Origin: a virus
Direction: 5' to 3' (one strand)
Length of the DNA: 64,000 nt
Virus record (IMG/VR): IMGVR_UViG_3300046781_000054
Span: 1 to 64,000 of that record
Position 1 is the stretch's first letter, and each line of letters starts with the position of its first letter. Shown here one piece after another: positions 1 to 8,790 of this stretch. The notes under the pieces were generated by a model. The model did no database searches and was not told the DNA's origin. It saw only the letters and a program-made list of their open reading frames with translations. The translations under genes and the position numbers were made by a program.

Positions 1-61
1 GGAATGCCGCGGCGGCCTGGAGCTGACGGTGTCGGCGGCGGGCGAGGAAGCGGGCGAGCAT
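1..61 (-). CDS. hypothetical protein, 5' part (runs off window edge)
   Basis: ATG at 61 preceded by GAAAGGA RBS; MLARFLARRRHRQLQAAAAF. Confidence 0.5.
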   Translation of the reverse strand, partial: MLARFLARRRHRQLQAAAAF

Positions 62-82
62 CGGCTGGGTCCTTTCTGGTGG

Positions 83-226
83 TCAGGCGGCGAGCTGGTG
101 GATGGCGGCGAGGTTCTGCTGGGCTTCGATCTCGGCGGGGCTCCAGTCCTCGGCGCCGTGTTCGGCGCGGTACTGGGGGCCGGTGGTCGGCTCGTCGGTG
201 GCGGGGGTCGGGGTGTCGGTGTCCAT
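83..226 (-). CDS. small hypothetical protein (47 aa)
   Basis: MDTDTPTP..., GC3-rich, part of leftward gene string. Confidence 0.55.
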   Translation of the reverse strand: MDTDTPTPATDEPTTGPQYRAEHGAEDWSPAEIEAQQNLAAIHQLAA

Positions 227-257
227 GGGGCCTGCTCCTTTGAAGGCGGGGTGGTCG

Positions 258-335
258 GTTCTGGTGGGGAGCCGCACCCGTGGGGGTGGCGGATGCGGCT
301 TCCGACCAGCCGGGACCCGCGGGTGCGGGGCCCGG
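258..335. repeat. intergenic twin-hairpin element, copy A (GGGGGTGG loop)
   Basis: about 20-bp stem plus second hairpin; flanks near-identical to 1779-1862. Confidence 0.8.
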
Positions 336-342
336 AAGGGGG

Positions 343-495
343 TCAGCGGCCGCTGTTCTTTGTGTTCTTGCGGCACTGGTGCCGGTCGGCGACCTGCTGA
401 ACGTTTCGGCCTTCGGCGATAATGCGGTGGCCGCAGGTGCGGCATGTCATGGAGACGGGGCCGTTGCCTGCCTGGAACCAGTCGAAGATGGCCAT
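343..495 (-). CDS. small putative Zn-binding protein (50 aa)
   Basis: MAIFDWF...CRTCGH...HQC; GAAAGGA RBS; below ORF-track cutoff. Confidence 0.6.
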   Translation of the reverse strand: MAIFDWFQAGNGPVSMTCRTCGHRIIAEGRNVQQVADRHQCRKNTKNSGR

Positions 496-517
496 GTCGG
501 TCCTTTCGGTGGGTGGT

Positions 518-615
518 GGTCTGGTGGTGCTGGGGGCGGTCTCAACGTGGGGGTGGTCGTTGAGACCGCCTCCGGCATCACCGGGCCGGGTTGGGGCCCG
601 CAGTGCGCGGGCCCC
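518..615. repeat. intergenic twin-hairpin element, copy B
   Basis: 25-bp stem of different sequence with the same GGGGGTGG loop, then GGGGCCCGC/GCGGGCCCC hairpin. Confidence 0.7.
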
Positions 616-624
616 GCGGGGCGG

Positions 625-1419
625 TCAGGCGGTGGGCTGGCCGGTGAGGCGGCCGATCTTCGCGACGTGCGCTTCCTGCTCCGCGATCAGGCGGGCGGTC
701 TGGGCCTGGAGGCAGCGGTCCCAGTCGCGCCACTCGCCCCGGTAGTCGGCGGTGTAGTCGTCGTGGCCGTGGATCTCCCAGTCGGTGGCCTCCGGGTGGC
801 CGGCCAGCCGCAGTGCCTCGTCGTGGCCGTAGCCCTCTTCGTGCATGTGGTCCCAGTGGATCTGGGCGATCTCCTGGGCCTTCTCGTCGAAGGCTGCGGC
901 GGCGGCCTTCAGCTCGGTGTGGGTGTCGATCAGCCGGGAGACGGCGGTGGCCCACTCCTTGGCGGCCTCCGGGTCGCGCAGGTAGGCGTACGCGGCGTCG
1001 GTGGCGGTCTTTGCCTGCCCCCAGCGCTTCCACGCGGTGGCGGCCTTCCCGTCGACCAGGACCTTCTTCAGCGCGGCCAGGTGCTTGGCGTTGCGCCACT
1101 CGGTGCGGGCCTCGGCGTAGACCTGCTCAAGGAAGTAGCGGGCCTTCTCACGGAGCTCGTACTCCTCCTCGGTGCCCACCTGGCGGCCGTCGCGCTCGTC
1201 CTCGTGGCGCCAGCGCAGCTTCGGGTCGTTCTTCCAGCGGTCGTACGGCTCCTCGGGCTCCGCCTCCGCGCCGGTGTACGGCTTGAAGGTGTAGCGGTTG
1301 CCCCAGCCGGACGGGTTGGGCTCGACGTTCTGCAGGTTCGCGGGCAGGTAGGGGGCGAGGCGGGCGTTGAAGATTTCCTTGAACTCGTCGGCGGTAACGC
1401 TGAAGGTCGTTCCGAGCAT
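625..1419 (-). CDS. hypothetical protein (264 aa)
   Basis: long ORF with good codon bias and GAAAGGA RBS. Confidence 0.85.
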   Translation of the reverse strand: MLGTTFSVTADEFKEIFNARLAPYLPANLQNVEPNPSGWGNRYTFKPYTGAEAEPEEPYDRWKNDPKLRWRHEDERDGRQVGTEEEYELREKARYFLEQVYAEARTEWRNAKHLAALKKVLVDGKAATAWKRWGQAKTATDAAYAYLRDPEAAKEWATAVSRLIDTHTELKAAAAAFDEKAQEIAQIHWDHMHEEGYGHDEALRLAGHPEATDWEIHGHDDYTADYRGEWRDWDRCLQAQTARLIAEQEAHVAKIGRLTGQPTA

Positions 1420-1441
1420 GGCGGAGGTTCCTTTCGGGGTT

Positions 1442-1560
1442 CAGTCGTTGGTGATGGCGGCTGCGGCGTTGGCGGCGTGCTGGTGGAGTTGGTGGTCATC
1501 GGCGAGGTGGTGGACGAGGCGTTCACCGCACAGGCGGGCCTCTTTCGCCTGGTCGGGGTC
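1442..1560 (-). pseudogene. 3' remnant paralogous to CDS 2008-2412
   Basis: DPDQAKEARLCGERLVHHLADDHQLHQHAANAAAAITND vs DPDRAKKARLHGEHLVHHLADDHDLHQHAANAAAAIDHQP; no start codon. Confidence 0.75.
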
Positions 1561-1744
1561 AGAGCCGGATGTCGGTGATCGTCAGGGTGTCGTCCGCCTT
1601 GGCGTGGGCGCCGCAGGAACTGCACTTGAAGGTCGTTCCGCTGCCGGTGGTGGTCTCGTTGGTGCTGGTGCCGCAGCACTCGGGGGTCTCGTCGGGGCTG
1701 AGTTCGTCGCCTTCGGTGAGGTCGGCGAGGTCGATCTGGTTCAT
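1559..1744 (-). CDS. small Zn-ribbon protein
   Basis: PECCG...FKCSSCG. Confidence 0.7.
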   Translation of the reverse strand: MNQIDLADLTEGDELSPDETPECCGTSTNETTTGSGTTFKCSSCGAHAKADDTLTITDIRL

Positions 1745-1778
1745 GTGCTTCTCCGTTCGGTTCGGTTGGGCTCGGGGT

Positions 1779-1862
1779 TTCTGGTGGGGAGTCGTCCACC
1801 GGAGGGGGTGGTCCGGTGGACGGCTTCCGACCAGCCGGGACCCGCGGGGTGCGGGGCCCGGG
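1779..1862. repeat. intergenic twin-hairpin element, copy C
   Basis: 23-bp stem with GGGGGTGG loop; flanks match copy A. Confidence 0.8.
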
Positions 1863-1869
1863 CCGGGGG

Positions 1870-1995
1870 TCAGGTGGTGCGGGGCTTCGGCTCGGTCGTG
1901 GTGTCACGGGGGTTGAACTTGATCCGGGAGGCGGGCTTGGAGACCGGTGCGGGTTTCTTGGCGGCGGTGCCGGTGATCCGGGACTTTCGGGTCAA
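1870..1995 (-). CDS. small basic protein (41 aa)
   Basis: TTG start after GAGAGGA; MTRKSRITGTAAKK... Confidence 0.45.
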   Translation of the reverse strand: MTRKSRITGTAAKKPAPVSKPASRIKFNPRDTTTEPKPRTT

Positions 1996-2007
1996 GACGG
2001 GGTCCTC

Positions 2008-2412
2008 TCAGGGCTGGTGGTCGATGGCTGCTGCGGCGTTGGCGGCGTGCTGGTGCAGGTCGTGGTCGTCGGCGAGGTGGTGGACGAGGTGTTCGCCGTG
2101 GAGGCGGGCCTTCTTCGCCCGGTCGGGGTCGATGTGGGTGAGGGCGGGGTTGGTGTCGGGGTTCGTGATGAGTGCGGTGAGGTGGCCGACGACGGTCAGG
2201 ACATCGGCACCCGCCGACCCGGCGAGGACCGCGGCGAGAGTCTGGGAGGCGTCGGCGGTGTAGCGGCCGGTGAGGACGGCTTCGGCGATGGTGCGGAGCG
2301 CGGCCCGCAGGTCAGCGAAACCGGGGAGCCAGTCGAAGCCGTTGAGGTCGTCAAGGGTGTCGCCGAGCTCGGTGTCTTCGACCGCCGCGGGCGCGGTGTG
2401 GTGCGGGTTCAC
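2008..2412 (-). CDS. hypothetical protein
   Basis: overlapping start/stop operon, codon bias. Confidence 0.8.
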   Translation of the reverse strand: MNPHHTAPAAVEDTELGDTLDDLNGFDWLPGFADLRAALRTIAEAVLTGRYTADASQTLAAVLAGSAGADVLTVVGHLTALITNPDTNPALTHIDPDRAKKARLHGEHLVHHLADDHDLHQHAANAAAAIDHQP

Positions 2413-2714
2413 TGCTGCTCCCCGTTCACCAGCGCTTCGGCCTCAGCGATCACGCTGTTGATCGCGTCCGGGTCGGCATCGGGGAGGCCACCGGTGCGGG
2501 GGTCCCACAGGCGGAGCATGTTCCCAGCGGAGGCGATCGCCTCAACGAGGACACTGATCTCACGCGGGGAGACCTGCAGTTCACCAACGGGAGTGCCGGT
2601 GGGGCCGTACAGCTTGATGGTTCCTGCGTTGTCGGTGTCCTCGGACAGGGAGTAGAGGGCTTCGAGGATCGCCATCATGCGGAGGTCATCGTCGGAGAAT
2701 TCGACGTCGCTCAT
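2409..2714 (-). CDS. hypothetical protein
   Basis: 4-bp overlaps with both neighbours. Confidence 0.75.
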   Translation of the reverse strand: MSDVEFSDDDLRMMAILEALYSLSEDTDNAGTIKLYGPTGTPVGELQVSPREISVLVEAIASAGNMLRLWDPRTGGLPDADPDAINSVIAEAEALVNGEQQ

Positions 2715-3022
2715 GACTGGCCTCCCCCGGTGATGACGGAGAAGCGGGCCTTGGATGCGACGTGGGAGGCCGCGGCGCGCGCGTCGGCCAGAGCGTTCGA
2801 GACGCCGGCATCCACGCTGTCCTGCGGCTGTGCTTCCAGGAGGGCGACGAGTCGGGTGATGCCCGCCCAGGTGAGCGAACCGTGGAACGCCTCCGTGCCG
2901 TCCGGGGTGGCGAGGGTGACGGTGAGGTAGGGGGCGGCGTTGGGGAGCGGGTTGAGGTCGCTCATGGCGCGGCCGAGGGCGATAGCGGCCTGGAGACTGC
3001 TCGTGATGCGCTGCTCAGCCAT
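2711..3022 (-). CDS. hypothetical protein
   Basis: coupled operon gene. Confidence 0.75.
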   Translation of the reverse strand: MAEQRITSSLQAAIALGRAMSDLNPLPNAAPYLTVTLATPDGTEAFHGSLTWAGITRLVALLEAQPQDSVDAGVSNALADARAAASHVASKARFSVITGGGQS

Positions 3023-3357
3023 TAGATCGTCACCGCCTTCAGGACGCGGTCGGAGCCGGTCCAGACGGCGCAGGTGTGGCGGCGCTCGCCGGTGAAGATG
3101 TCGAGGATCTCGACCGCGAACTGGGCCGCGCGCCGCTTCAGGATGCGGCGGGCCTCGGACGGGTCGTGGATGACGGTGAGGACGCGGTAGGTGCCGGCTG
3201 CGTTGTCGTAGACGGTGCCCGGGGCCCGCGGGCCGAGGTCGGCGGCGACCGAACGGCGCAGCGCCTCATCGGCCTGGGTCGTGGCATTCGCGCCAACCGG
3301 GTGGACGTTGTCCATCGGTCGCGGTGCCGCGGAGACGGCTGTCGTGAGATCCTTCAT
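3022..3357 (-). CDS. hypothetical protein, first gene of operon divergent from GntR
   Basis: MKDLTT start with AGGAGG RBS. Confidence 0.7.
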   Translation of the reverse strand: MKDLTTAVSAAPRPMDNVHPVGANATTQADEALRRSVAADLGPRAPGTVYDNAAGTYRVLTVIHDPSEARRILKRRAAQFAVEILDIFTGERRHTCAVWTGSDRVLKAVTI

Positions 3358-3476
3358 TCGGATCGACCTCCTGATGTAGCAGGTAGGGCCTGGTCCGTAC
3401 ACGCGGCTCCCGGTGGTGATGCACCGGGGGCCGTTCTGCGTGCTAAGACCGTCGTGATTGACTAGACCCACCATAT

Positions 3477-3515
3477 CTCTGGGCTAGCCCACCTTGTCAA
3501 TAAGCTAGCCCAGAG
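3477..3515. promoter_or_regulatory. probable GntR operator, 12-bp inverted repeat
   Basis: CTCTGGGCTAGC-N15-GCTAGCCCAGAG in the divergent intergenic region. Confidence 0.65.
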
Positions 3516-3547
3516 TGTTCAATGGACTTACACGACAGGAGGCATGA

Positions 3548-4351
3548 ATGCCGATCCCAAACGGCCCGACGACCTACCGGGAGCTCGCTGAGCTGCTGAG
3601 AGGTCAGATCGAGGGGGGTGAATACCCGCCTGGGGCACCCCTACCGTCCATTCCGGAACTGATGGATCAGTGGAAGCTCGCGCGACAGACCGTGCGGTCC
3701 GCCATCAATCAGCTCGCATCGGAAGGGCTTGTCAGAACGGCTCCCCGCAGGGGGACCGTCGTCCAGGCCCGTACGGAGCGACGCCGCATCGCACGCAGCC
3801 AGGTAGTCACCAGGAGCAGTGCGGGCATGTACGTCTTCCCGGCCGCCGGATACCCGGACGAGGTGTGGCAGACCCACGGGACGCCGCACCGCTCGCAAGA
3901 GCCGGCGCCTGACCTTGTGGCCGAGATCTTCGGTGTCGAGGCGGGCAGCCCGGTTCTGCGTCGTCGTCGGGTGATGTCGCCCGAGGAAGAGCCGCCGTTC
4001 CAGATCGTCGATACCTGGCTGAGCCCTCAGGCGGTCGAGGACGCCCCTCGCATCGCGGAGAAGAGCACGGGTCCCGGTGGGTACCTTGACCGTCTGGAAG
4101 AGGCCGGCCATGGGCCGATCTCGTGGACGGAGACCACCAGGACGCGCATGCCTTCTGAGGAGGAGGCCCGGCTCCTGGAGATCTCCACGGCGCTGCCGGT
4201 GATGGAGTTGTCCCTGGTGGGGACGTCTGGTCGCACTGGAGACGCACTTGAGGTGACGATGCGCGTTATCCCGGGTGACCGTGTGGAGCTCGTGGCGGCC
4301 CTGGTGCGTGATGAGTCTGCGGCTTGGCCGCGAGGGGAGGGGGTGCGGTAG
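3548..4351 (+). CDS. GntR family regulator (HutC/UTRA type, KorSA/KorA-like)
   Basis: wHTH YRELAELLRGQI...LPSIPELM...ARQTVRSAINQLASEGLV plus UTRA-like C-terminus. Confidence 0.92.
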   Translation: MPIPNGPTTYRELAELLRGQIEGGEYPPGAPLPSIPELMDQWKLARQTVRSAINQLASEGLVRTAPRRGTVVQARTERRRIARSQVVTRSSAGMYVFPAAGYPDEVWQTHGTPHRSQEPAPDLVAEIFGVEAGSPVLRRRRVMSPEEEPPFQIVDTWLSPQAVEDAPRIAEKSTGPGGYLDRLEEAGHGPISWTETTRTRMPSEEEARLLEISTALPVMELSLVGTSGRTGDALEVTMRVIPGDRVELVAALVRDESAAWPRGEGVR

Positions 4352-4521
4352 CAGATAGGTGACGGCCGACCGGTGGTTCAGACCGGCCGACCGTCGATGG
4401 TCGCCACCCTGCGAAAGAAGGCGACCTTGTGAGCCACCCAGCGATGAGTAGTCACGAAGAGGAGCCTACTAGTGAGCCCCACTAGTACCTACTCGGGCGT
4501 CCCAACGATCAGGGGCATCCG

Positions 4522-4803
4522 ATGAAGAAAGACCGAGACCTTCCGCCTGCTGTCACATTCCAGAGCGGCGCAGACCTGCTCATGCAGTTGAAGATCGTCG
4601 ACAGCATCACACACCAGGGCATCCGCTACATCGCGGACCACCACTCCGCCTGGCCGTTCGGGCCGGGCCGCAGCCACGCCTACTGGACGATCGCCAACGC
4701 CACCGTCATGGCGACAGAACCGTTCCTCACGTTCTTCCGCGAGCACCCAGCCGCAGGCCGCAGAACCGGCAAGCAGCGCTCTACCGAGGACAGACAGCAG
4801 TAA
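4522..4803 (+). CDS. small hypothetical protein, possibly DNA-binding
   Basis: ORF upstream of replication genes; TACTAGTG/CACTAGTA repeat at 4467-4487. Confidence 0.65.
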   Translation: MKKDRDLPPAVTFQSGADLLMQLKIVDSITHQGIRYIADHHSAWPFGPGRSHAYWTIANATVMATEPFLTFFREHPAAGRRTGKQRSTEDRQQ

Positions 4804-4960
4804 TGGTCACCGGGCATGAGATCGCAGCTCTCATCACCCCCGGAAACGCGGAACGGCCGGCATACGGGGCGCAGCACCCCTGCCGACCGGTCCAAGCACA
4901 ACCAGCGGATTGCAGGCCGCTGGCCATCGAACAACAGATGCTTCGTAAGGCAGGTCGTTC

Positions 4961-5617
4961 ATGACCACAGTAGCGCCTCAACAAAAGTCGACAAGAGGCA
5001 CCCACCGGTTGCCGCTCCGAGCATCGCGCCAGGACGGCCCTCGGGATTGGTTTCGCGCGCTGGCCCGTGACGGTTCCGTAGACCCGACGGACAAGGCGGT
5101 GTACGCGGCCATCGCGTCCTTCGTCGACCCCAAGACTGGGATGTCGCCGTCCGTCACTGCCGATGTCGGCAGCACTGTGCTGCCGGAGAACATCCCCACG
5201 CGCAAGCGGCTTGCTTCGTGCATCGGGAAGTCCATCTTCACGGTAGACCGCTCCATTAAGCGCCTAGAGCAGCGTGGCCTCATCCTGGTCCACCGGCACA
5301 CGCACCCCGAGAACACGAAAGCGCACGCCCCCTCCCAATACGAACTGCTGCCGTACCGGCCACAGCCGACCCCGATCCCGAAGCAGACCGCCACAGTCGC
5401 CCGGAAGCGCCTCCCCATCAGCGCGACCAAGCGAACGCGCATCATGGCCCGAGACGGTCACAGGTGCCAGAAGTGCGGCGCCACCGAAGACCTGACCATC
5501 GACCACATCCAGCACTGGTCTCGCGGCGGTACGAACGCCGACGACAACCTCCGAGTCCTCTGCCGCTCCTGTAACAGCCAACGCAGCGACGGCTCTCTTG
5601 AAGGGCTCGACTCGTGA
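4961..5617 (+). CDS. HTH plus HNH endonuclease
   Basis: PTRKRLASCIGKSIFTVDRSIKRLEQRGLI; RDGHRCQKCG..LTIDHI..GG.N..NLRVLCRSCN. Confidence 0.88.
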   Translation: MTTVAPQQKSTRGTHRLPLRASRQDGPRDWFRALARDGSVDPTDKAVYAAIASFVDPKTGMSPSVTADVGSTVLPENIPTRKRLASCIGKSIFTVDRSIKRLEQRGLILVHRHTHPENTKAHAPSQYELLPYRPQPTPIPKQTATVARKRLPISATKRTRIMARDGHRCQKCGATEDLTIDHIQHWSRGGTNADDNLRVLCRSCNSQRSDGSLEGLDS

Positions 5618-7086
5618 ACGAATCGACAAGCAGCGGCGCTAGCGTCTCCCGTATCCGCGGTATCGCGAAGCTGCTCGAACAGGTCCGCCAGCTCGACTCC
5701 ACCGACGAGCCGTTCGAAGTCGAAGCCGAGGACGAGCTGCCGTTCGTGCAGCTCGGGCACTGGGTTGCGCTGTCGGGCGTGAGCGCCGGCGCCTTGGCGC
5801 TCTACTGGATGCTCGCCCTGCACCTGAACCGAACCCGTGGTGACCGGTACGTCTGGCCGACCACGGACATCCTCGCCCACATGCTCGGCTACTCCCGGGG
5901 CGACAAGATCAAGCGGTTCGTGGATGAGCTGGTTGACATCGGTGCGATCAGAGTTATCTCGGTCCCTGACCTGCGAGGGCCGCAGAAGCGAAACGTCTAT
6001 CGGCTTCGGCGTACTCCGCCCGAGGGATACACCGGTCTGGTCTCCCTCAAGGAGTTCTACGCCCAGCTGGATGAGGCGTACGAGCAGGAAACCGCAGGTG
6101 ATCCCGTGTCCCCCCAAACGGGGGGACACGTCCCCCCTCATTCGGGGGGTGACGTAGCACCCGAACCCGGGGGGCACGTACCCCCCCGGGCGGGGGCGGT
6201 AACTACAAGAACCTCTAACTACATGAACGAGAAGGACGCGCCTTCGGCGCGTAGCGCCGCTGACGGCCGTAGGCCTTCTACAGGTAGTAGAGGCAAAAAG
6301 GTCGAAAGCGGCGTTGCCGCGTCCAGCAAAACCACCCCTCCCCCCTCCACCACGACAGCCCCCACCAAGGCACAGACCAGCAGCAAGGCGAAGCACAGCC
6401 GCCAGCAGCTGGAGACCGCCCGGCAGGTGGCCGCCGCCTACCCCGAGCAGCTCGGCGTCCGCCTCGTGCCGGTCCTCACCGATGCGATCCTTGCTGCGCT
6501 GGCCGGCGACGTGCCCGGGGCGGAGCGGACCGTGGCCCAGCTCGCCGCCCGTATCCAGCAGCGGTGGAACCACCACGGCTACGCAACCGCCTTCTACCGG
6601 GGCGAGATCGAGCGTCCGATCGGTGCGGCGGTGGAGATGGTGCGGCCACTGAAAGCCACGGCCCGCTACGGCTGCGCGAATCCGCGCTGTGAGGTCGGTG
6701 TGGACGTCGACACGGGCGCGGACTGCCCCGTGTGCCCGCAGCGTCTGGCGGACCGTCAGCGGGCCCGTCAGCAGGGCGTGGAGGCGGTTCCCGGGCCACG
6801 CTCCGGAGAGTCCGGGCCGCTGAAGTGGGTGTGTGGGTCGCCGACGTGTCGGATGGCCGTCAAGGGGCCGCGCACCGAGTCGGGTCTGTGCCCGGGCTGC
6901 ATCGCCGAACTCGATCGGGCCGGCGCCCCCATCACCCAGGCGCCCCCGCCTGTACCGCAGCCGGTCGTCAGTGGGCCGGAGGACACCGGGGTGGACGAGG
7001 AGACCGCCCGGCTACGCGCGCGCTACGCCCGCCAGTACGGCAGCCCCGAGCAGGTTGAGGCGTACTGCACCGGCGCCCCGTTCTGA
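5614..7086 (+). CDS. putative replication initiator (wHTH, phage/AICE type)
   Basis: N-terminal wHTH (WPTTDILAHMLGYSRGDKIKRFVDELVDIGAI), internal iteron-like repeats, C-terminal Cys clusters. Confidence 0.75.
   Translation: MNESTSSGASVSRIRGIAKLLEQVRQLDSTDEPFEVEAEDELPFVQLGHWVALSGVSAGALALYWMLALHLNRTRGDRYVWPTTDILAHMLGYSRGDKIKRFVDELVDIGAIRVISVPDLRGPQKRNVYRLRRTPPEGYTGLVSLKEFYAQLDEAYEQETAGDPVSPQTGGHVPPHSGGDVAPEPGGHVPPRAGAVTTRTSNYMNEKDAPSARSAADGRRPSTGSRGKKVESGVAASSKTTPPPSTTTAPTKAQTSSKAKHSRQQLETARQVAAAYPEQLGVRLVPVLTDAILAALAGDVPGAERTVAQLAARIQQRWNHHGYATAFYRGEIERPIGAAVEMVRPLKATARYGCANPRCEVGVDVDTGADCPVCPQRLADRQRARQQGVEAVPGPRSGESGPLKWVCGSPTCRMAVKGPRTESGLCPGCIAELDRAGAPITQAPPPVPQPVVSGPEDTGVDEETARLRARYARQYGSPEQVEAYCTGAPF
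6098..6200. repeat. iteron-like 24-bp tandem repeats inside initiator (putative origin)
   Basis: about four units GGGGG..ACGT.CCCC encoding GGHVPPHS/GGDVAPEP/GGHVPPRA. Confidence 0.65.
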
Positions 7087-7099
7087 GAGCAGGAGACCC

Positions 7100-7606
7100 A
7101 TGGATCAGAAGACCACCCGCAAGGAAGCCCCCCAGATGAACCACGAACTGGCCGCCCGGGCAGACGAGCAGCAGAACACGGGTACCGACGCCGCCGTCCG
7201 CGACTACGTCCAGGCGCTCCTGCGCCAGTTCCGCGCCGACGAAGACGTCCGCCAGGCGGCCATCCGCAATCTGGAGAAGGCCGGTCGGCGCATCATTACG
7301 GGCGGGCAGACCGGCGTTGACGAATGGGAGATCAGGGACTGGCGCAGCGGCGAAATCCTTGCCACAGGGTCCGACGGCCTTGAGGGCTACGACGCCACCT
7401 GCGCGCGTCTGGACCCCAACGGCACCTGGATCCACGTCGAAAGCGTCCCCGGCGAGCCGACCGACGTGCCCCGTTCCGGCCTCCCGTCCAGCCTTGCCGA
7501 TGCGTTGCAGGACTGGCTGGGGTCGATGGGGACGCCTGATGAGGATGTCGCCCAGTTCGTGGGATGGGCCGTCGAAGAGGTTGCCCGTCATCGGGAAGAG
7601 GACTGA
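7100..7606 (+). CDS. hypothetical protein
   Basis: AGGAG RBS, codon bias. Confidence 0.75.
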   Translation: MDQKTTRKEAPQMNHELAARADEQQNTGTDAAVRDYVQALLRQFRADEDVRQAAIRNLEKAGRRIITGGQTGVDEWEIRDWRSGEILATGSDGLEGYDATCARLDPNGTWIHVESVPGEPTDVPRSGLPSSLADALQDWLGSMGTPDEDVAQFVGWAVEEVARHREED

Positions 7607-7726
7607 CCCCTAGCGCCCTGCCGGCCCGTGCTGGTGGGGCGTTGGCATGTCACAGATCAGCGACACCTCTCGGCGTCCGCACCTCGTGGCCCGCATCATG
7701 CCCTTTACAGCCTCTGGGGGGACATC

Positions 7727-8107
7727 ATGCGCAGCCGTACCATCACCGCGACCATCCTGACCGTGCTCGCGCTCACCGCGACCGCCTGCACCAGCAGCGA
7801 CGGGGACGGCGGCGGGGGCGGGAAGCCGGCCAAGCCCACCGCGGCGGCGAGCAGTAGTACGTCGGCTGCCGCGACCCCCACCGTCGACGAAGTCACCGCA
7901 CGCAAAGCCTGCATCAGCGCCTGGCTGAAGATCCTCGACAAGCCCGGCGACCCCGACCCCGCCGACCAGCCGACCGTGTGCGAGCAAGTCCCCGGCCAGG
8001 CGGCCGCCATGTACGCCGAAGCCCTGAAGGAACGCAACGCGGCCAACCGCAAGGAGCTGGACGACTGCCTGGACGACCCGACGTGCACCGAGATGCCCAT
8101 CCCGTAA
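7727..8107 (+). CDS. lipoprotein
   Basis: signal peptide ending in lipobox-like TATA-C. Confidence 0.8.
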   Translation: MRSRTITATILTVLALTATACTSSDGDGGGGGKPAKPTAAASSSTSAAATPTVDEVTARKACISAWLKILDKPGDPDPADQPTVCEQVPGQAAAMYAEALKERNAANRKELDDCLDDPTCTEMPIP

Positions 8108-8111
8108 CGAG

Positions 8112-8276
8112 TCAGCCCTCGTACGGGGTCCATGGGCCGGGCGGTGTGGTCGATCTTTCGCCGCACCACCAGCAGTCGAACCAATCCAGGTAGAAAGTGG
8201 AATTCCAGAATCCGCCACGCTCTGCGAAGGCCACGCACTCGGTCCCGCACCAGCCGCACGTAAACACGAACTCCAC
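8112..8276 (-). CDS. small Zn-finger-like protein
   Basis: CGWC...CWWC; GGGAGG RBS. Confidence 0.45.
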   Translation of the reverse strand: MEFVFTCGWCGTECVAFAERGGFWNSTFYLDWFDCWWCGERSTTPPGPWTPYEG

Positions 8277-8386
8277 GCCACGCCTCCCCTGACAGGCCCC
8301 CGTCACCCCGGCGTACAGGGTCCCGCGCCCGGGCGGGGCGCGGCAACAAGAGGGCATTGACGGTGGTGGCTGCCAGACTGCCGTCC

Positions 8387-8749
8387 ATGACCTCGTTCGG
8401 ACAGATCACCGTCACCGACCTCAACGGCTGGCAGGCCCGCGCCCTGCGCGTCCTCACCGACCTCCAGGACGCCGGCCTCAAGGCCAGCCGGGAACCGCTG
8501 GACTGGACGGCGACCCGCAACGGATCGCTGCAAGGCGTCATCCCACGCTGGCAGCCCCGCCTCACCGACAACGACCGGCGGGCCATCTTCGACGAATGGG
8601 TCCACGTCCTCGACGGCAGCGAGCCCCGGGAGACAGTGCGGTTCGAGGGCGGGACCCGGCTGACATCCGTCTTCGCGGTGCCGACGAACCGCGGCAAGGT
8701 GAAGGGATCCATCGTGGTCGACTTCGACGAGCCGGACGAGGACGCGTAG
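8387..8749 (+). CDS. hypothetical protein
   Basis: codon bias. Confidence 0.7.
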   Translation: MTSFGQITVTDLNGWQARALRVLTDLQDAGLKASREPLDWTATRNGSLQGVIPRWQPRLTDNDRRAIFDEWVHVLDGSEPRETVRFEGGTRLTSVFAVPTNRGKVKGSIVVDFDEPDEDA

Positions 8750-8790
8750 TTGGGCGGCGGCCTGTCAGTGGCTCCTGGCAGACTCCCGTC

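Noticed and set aside
258-1862. CRISPR or mini-array reading of the hairpin repeats
   Set aside because: Copies are separated by whole genes at irregular spacing, and no cas genes are seen.
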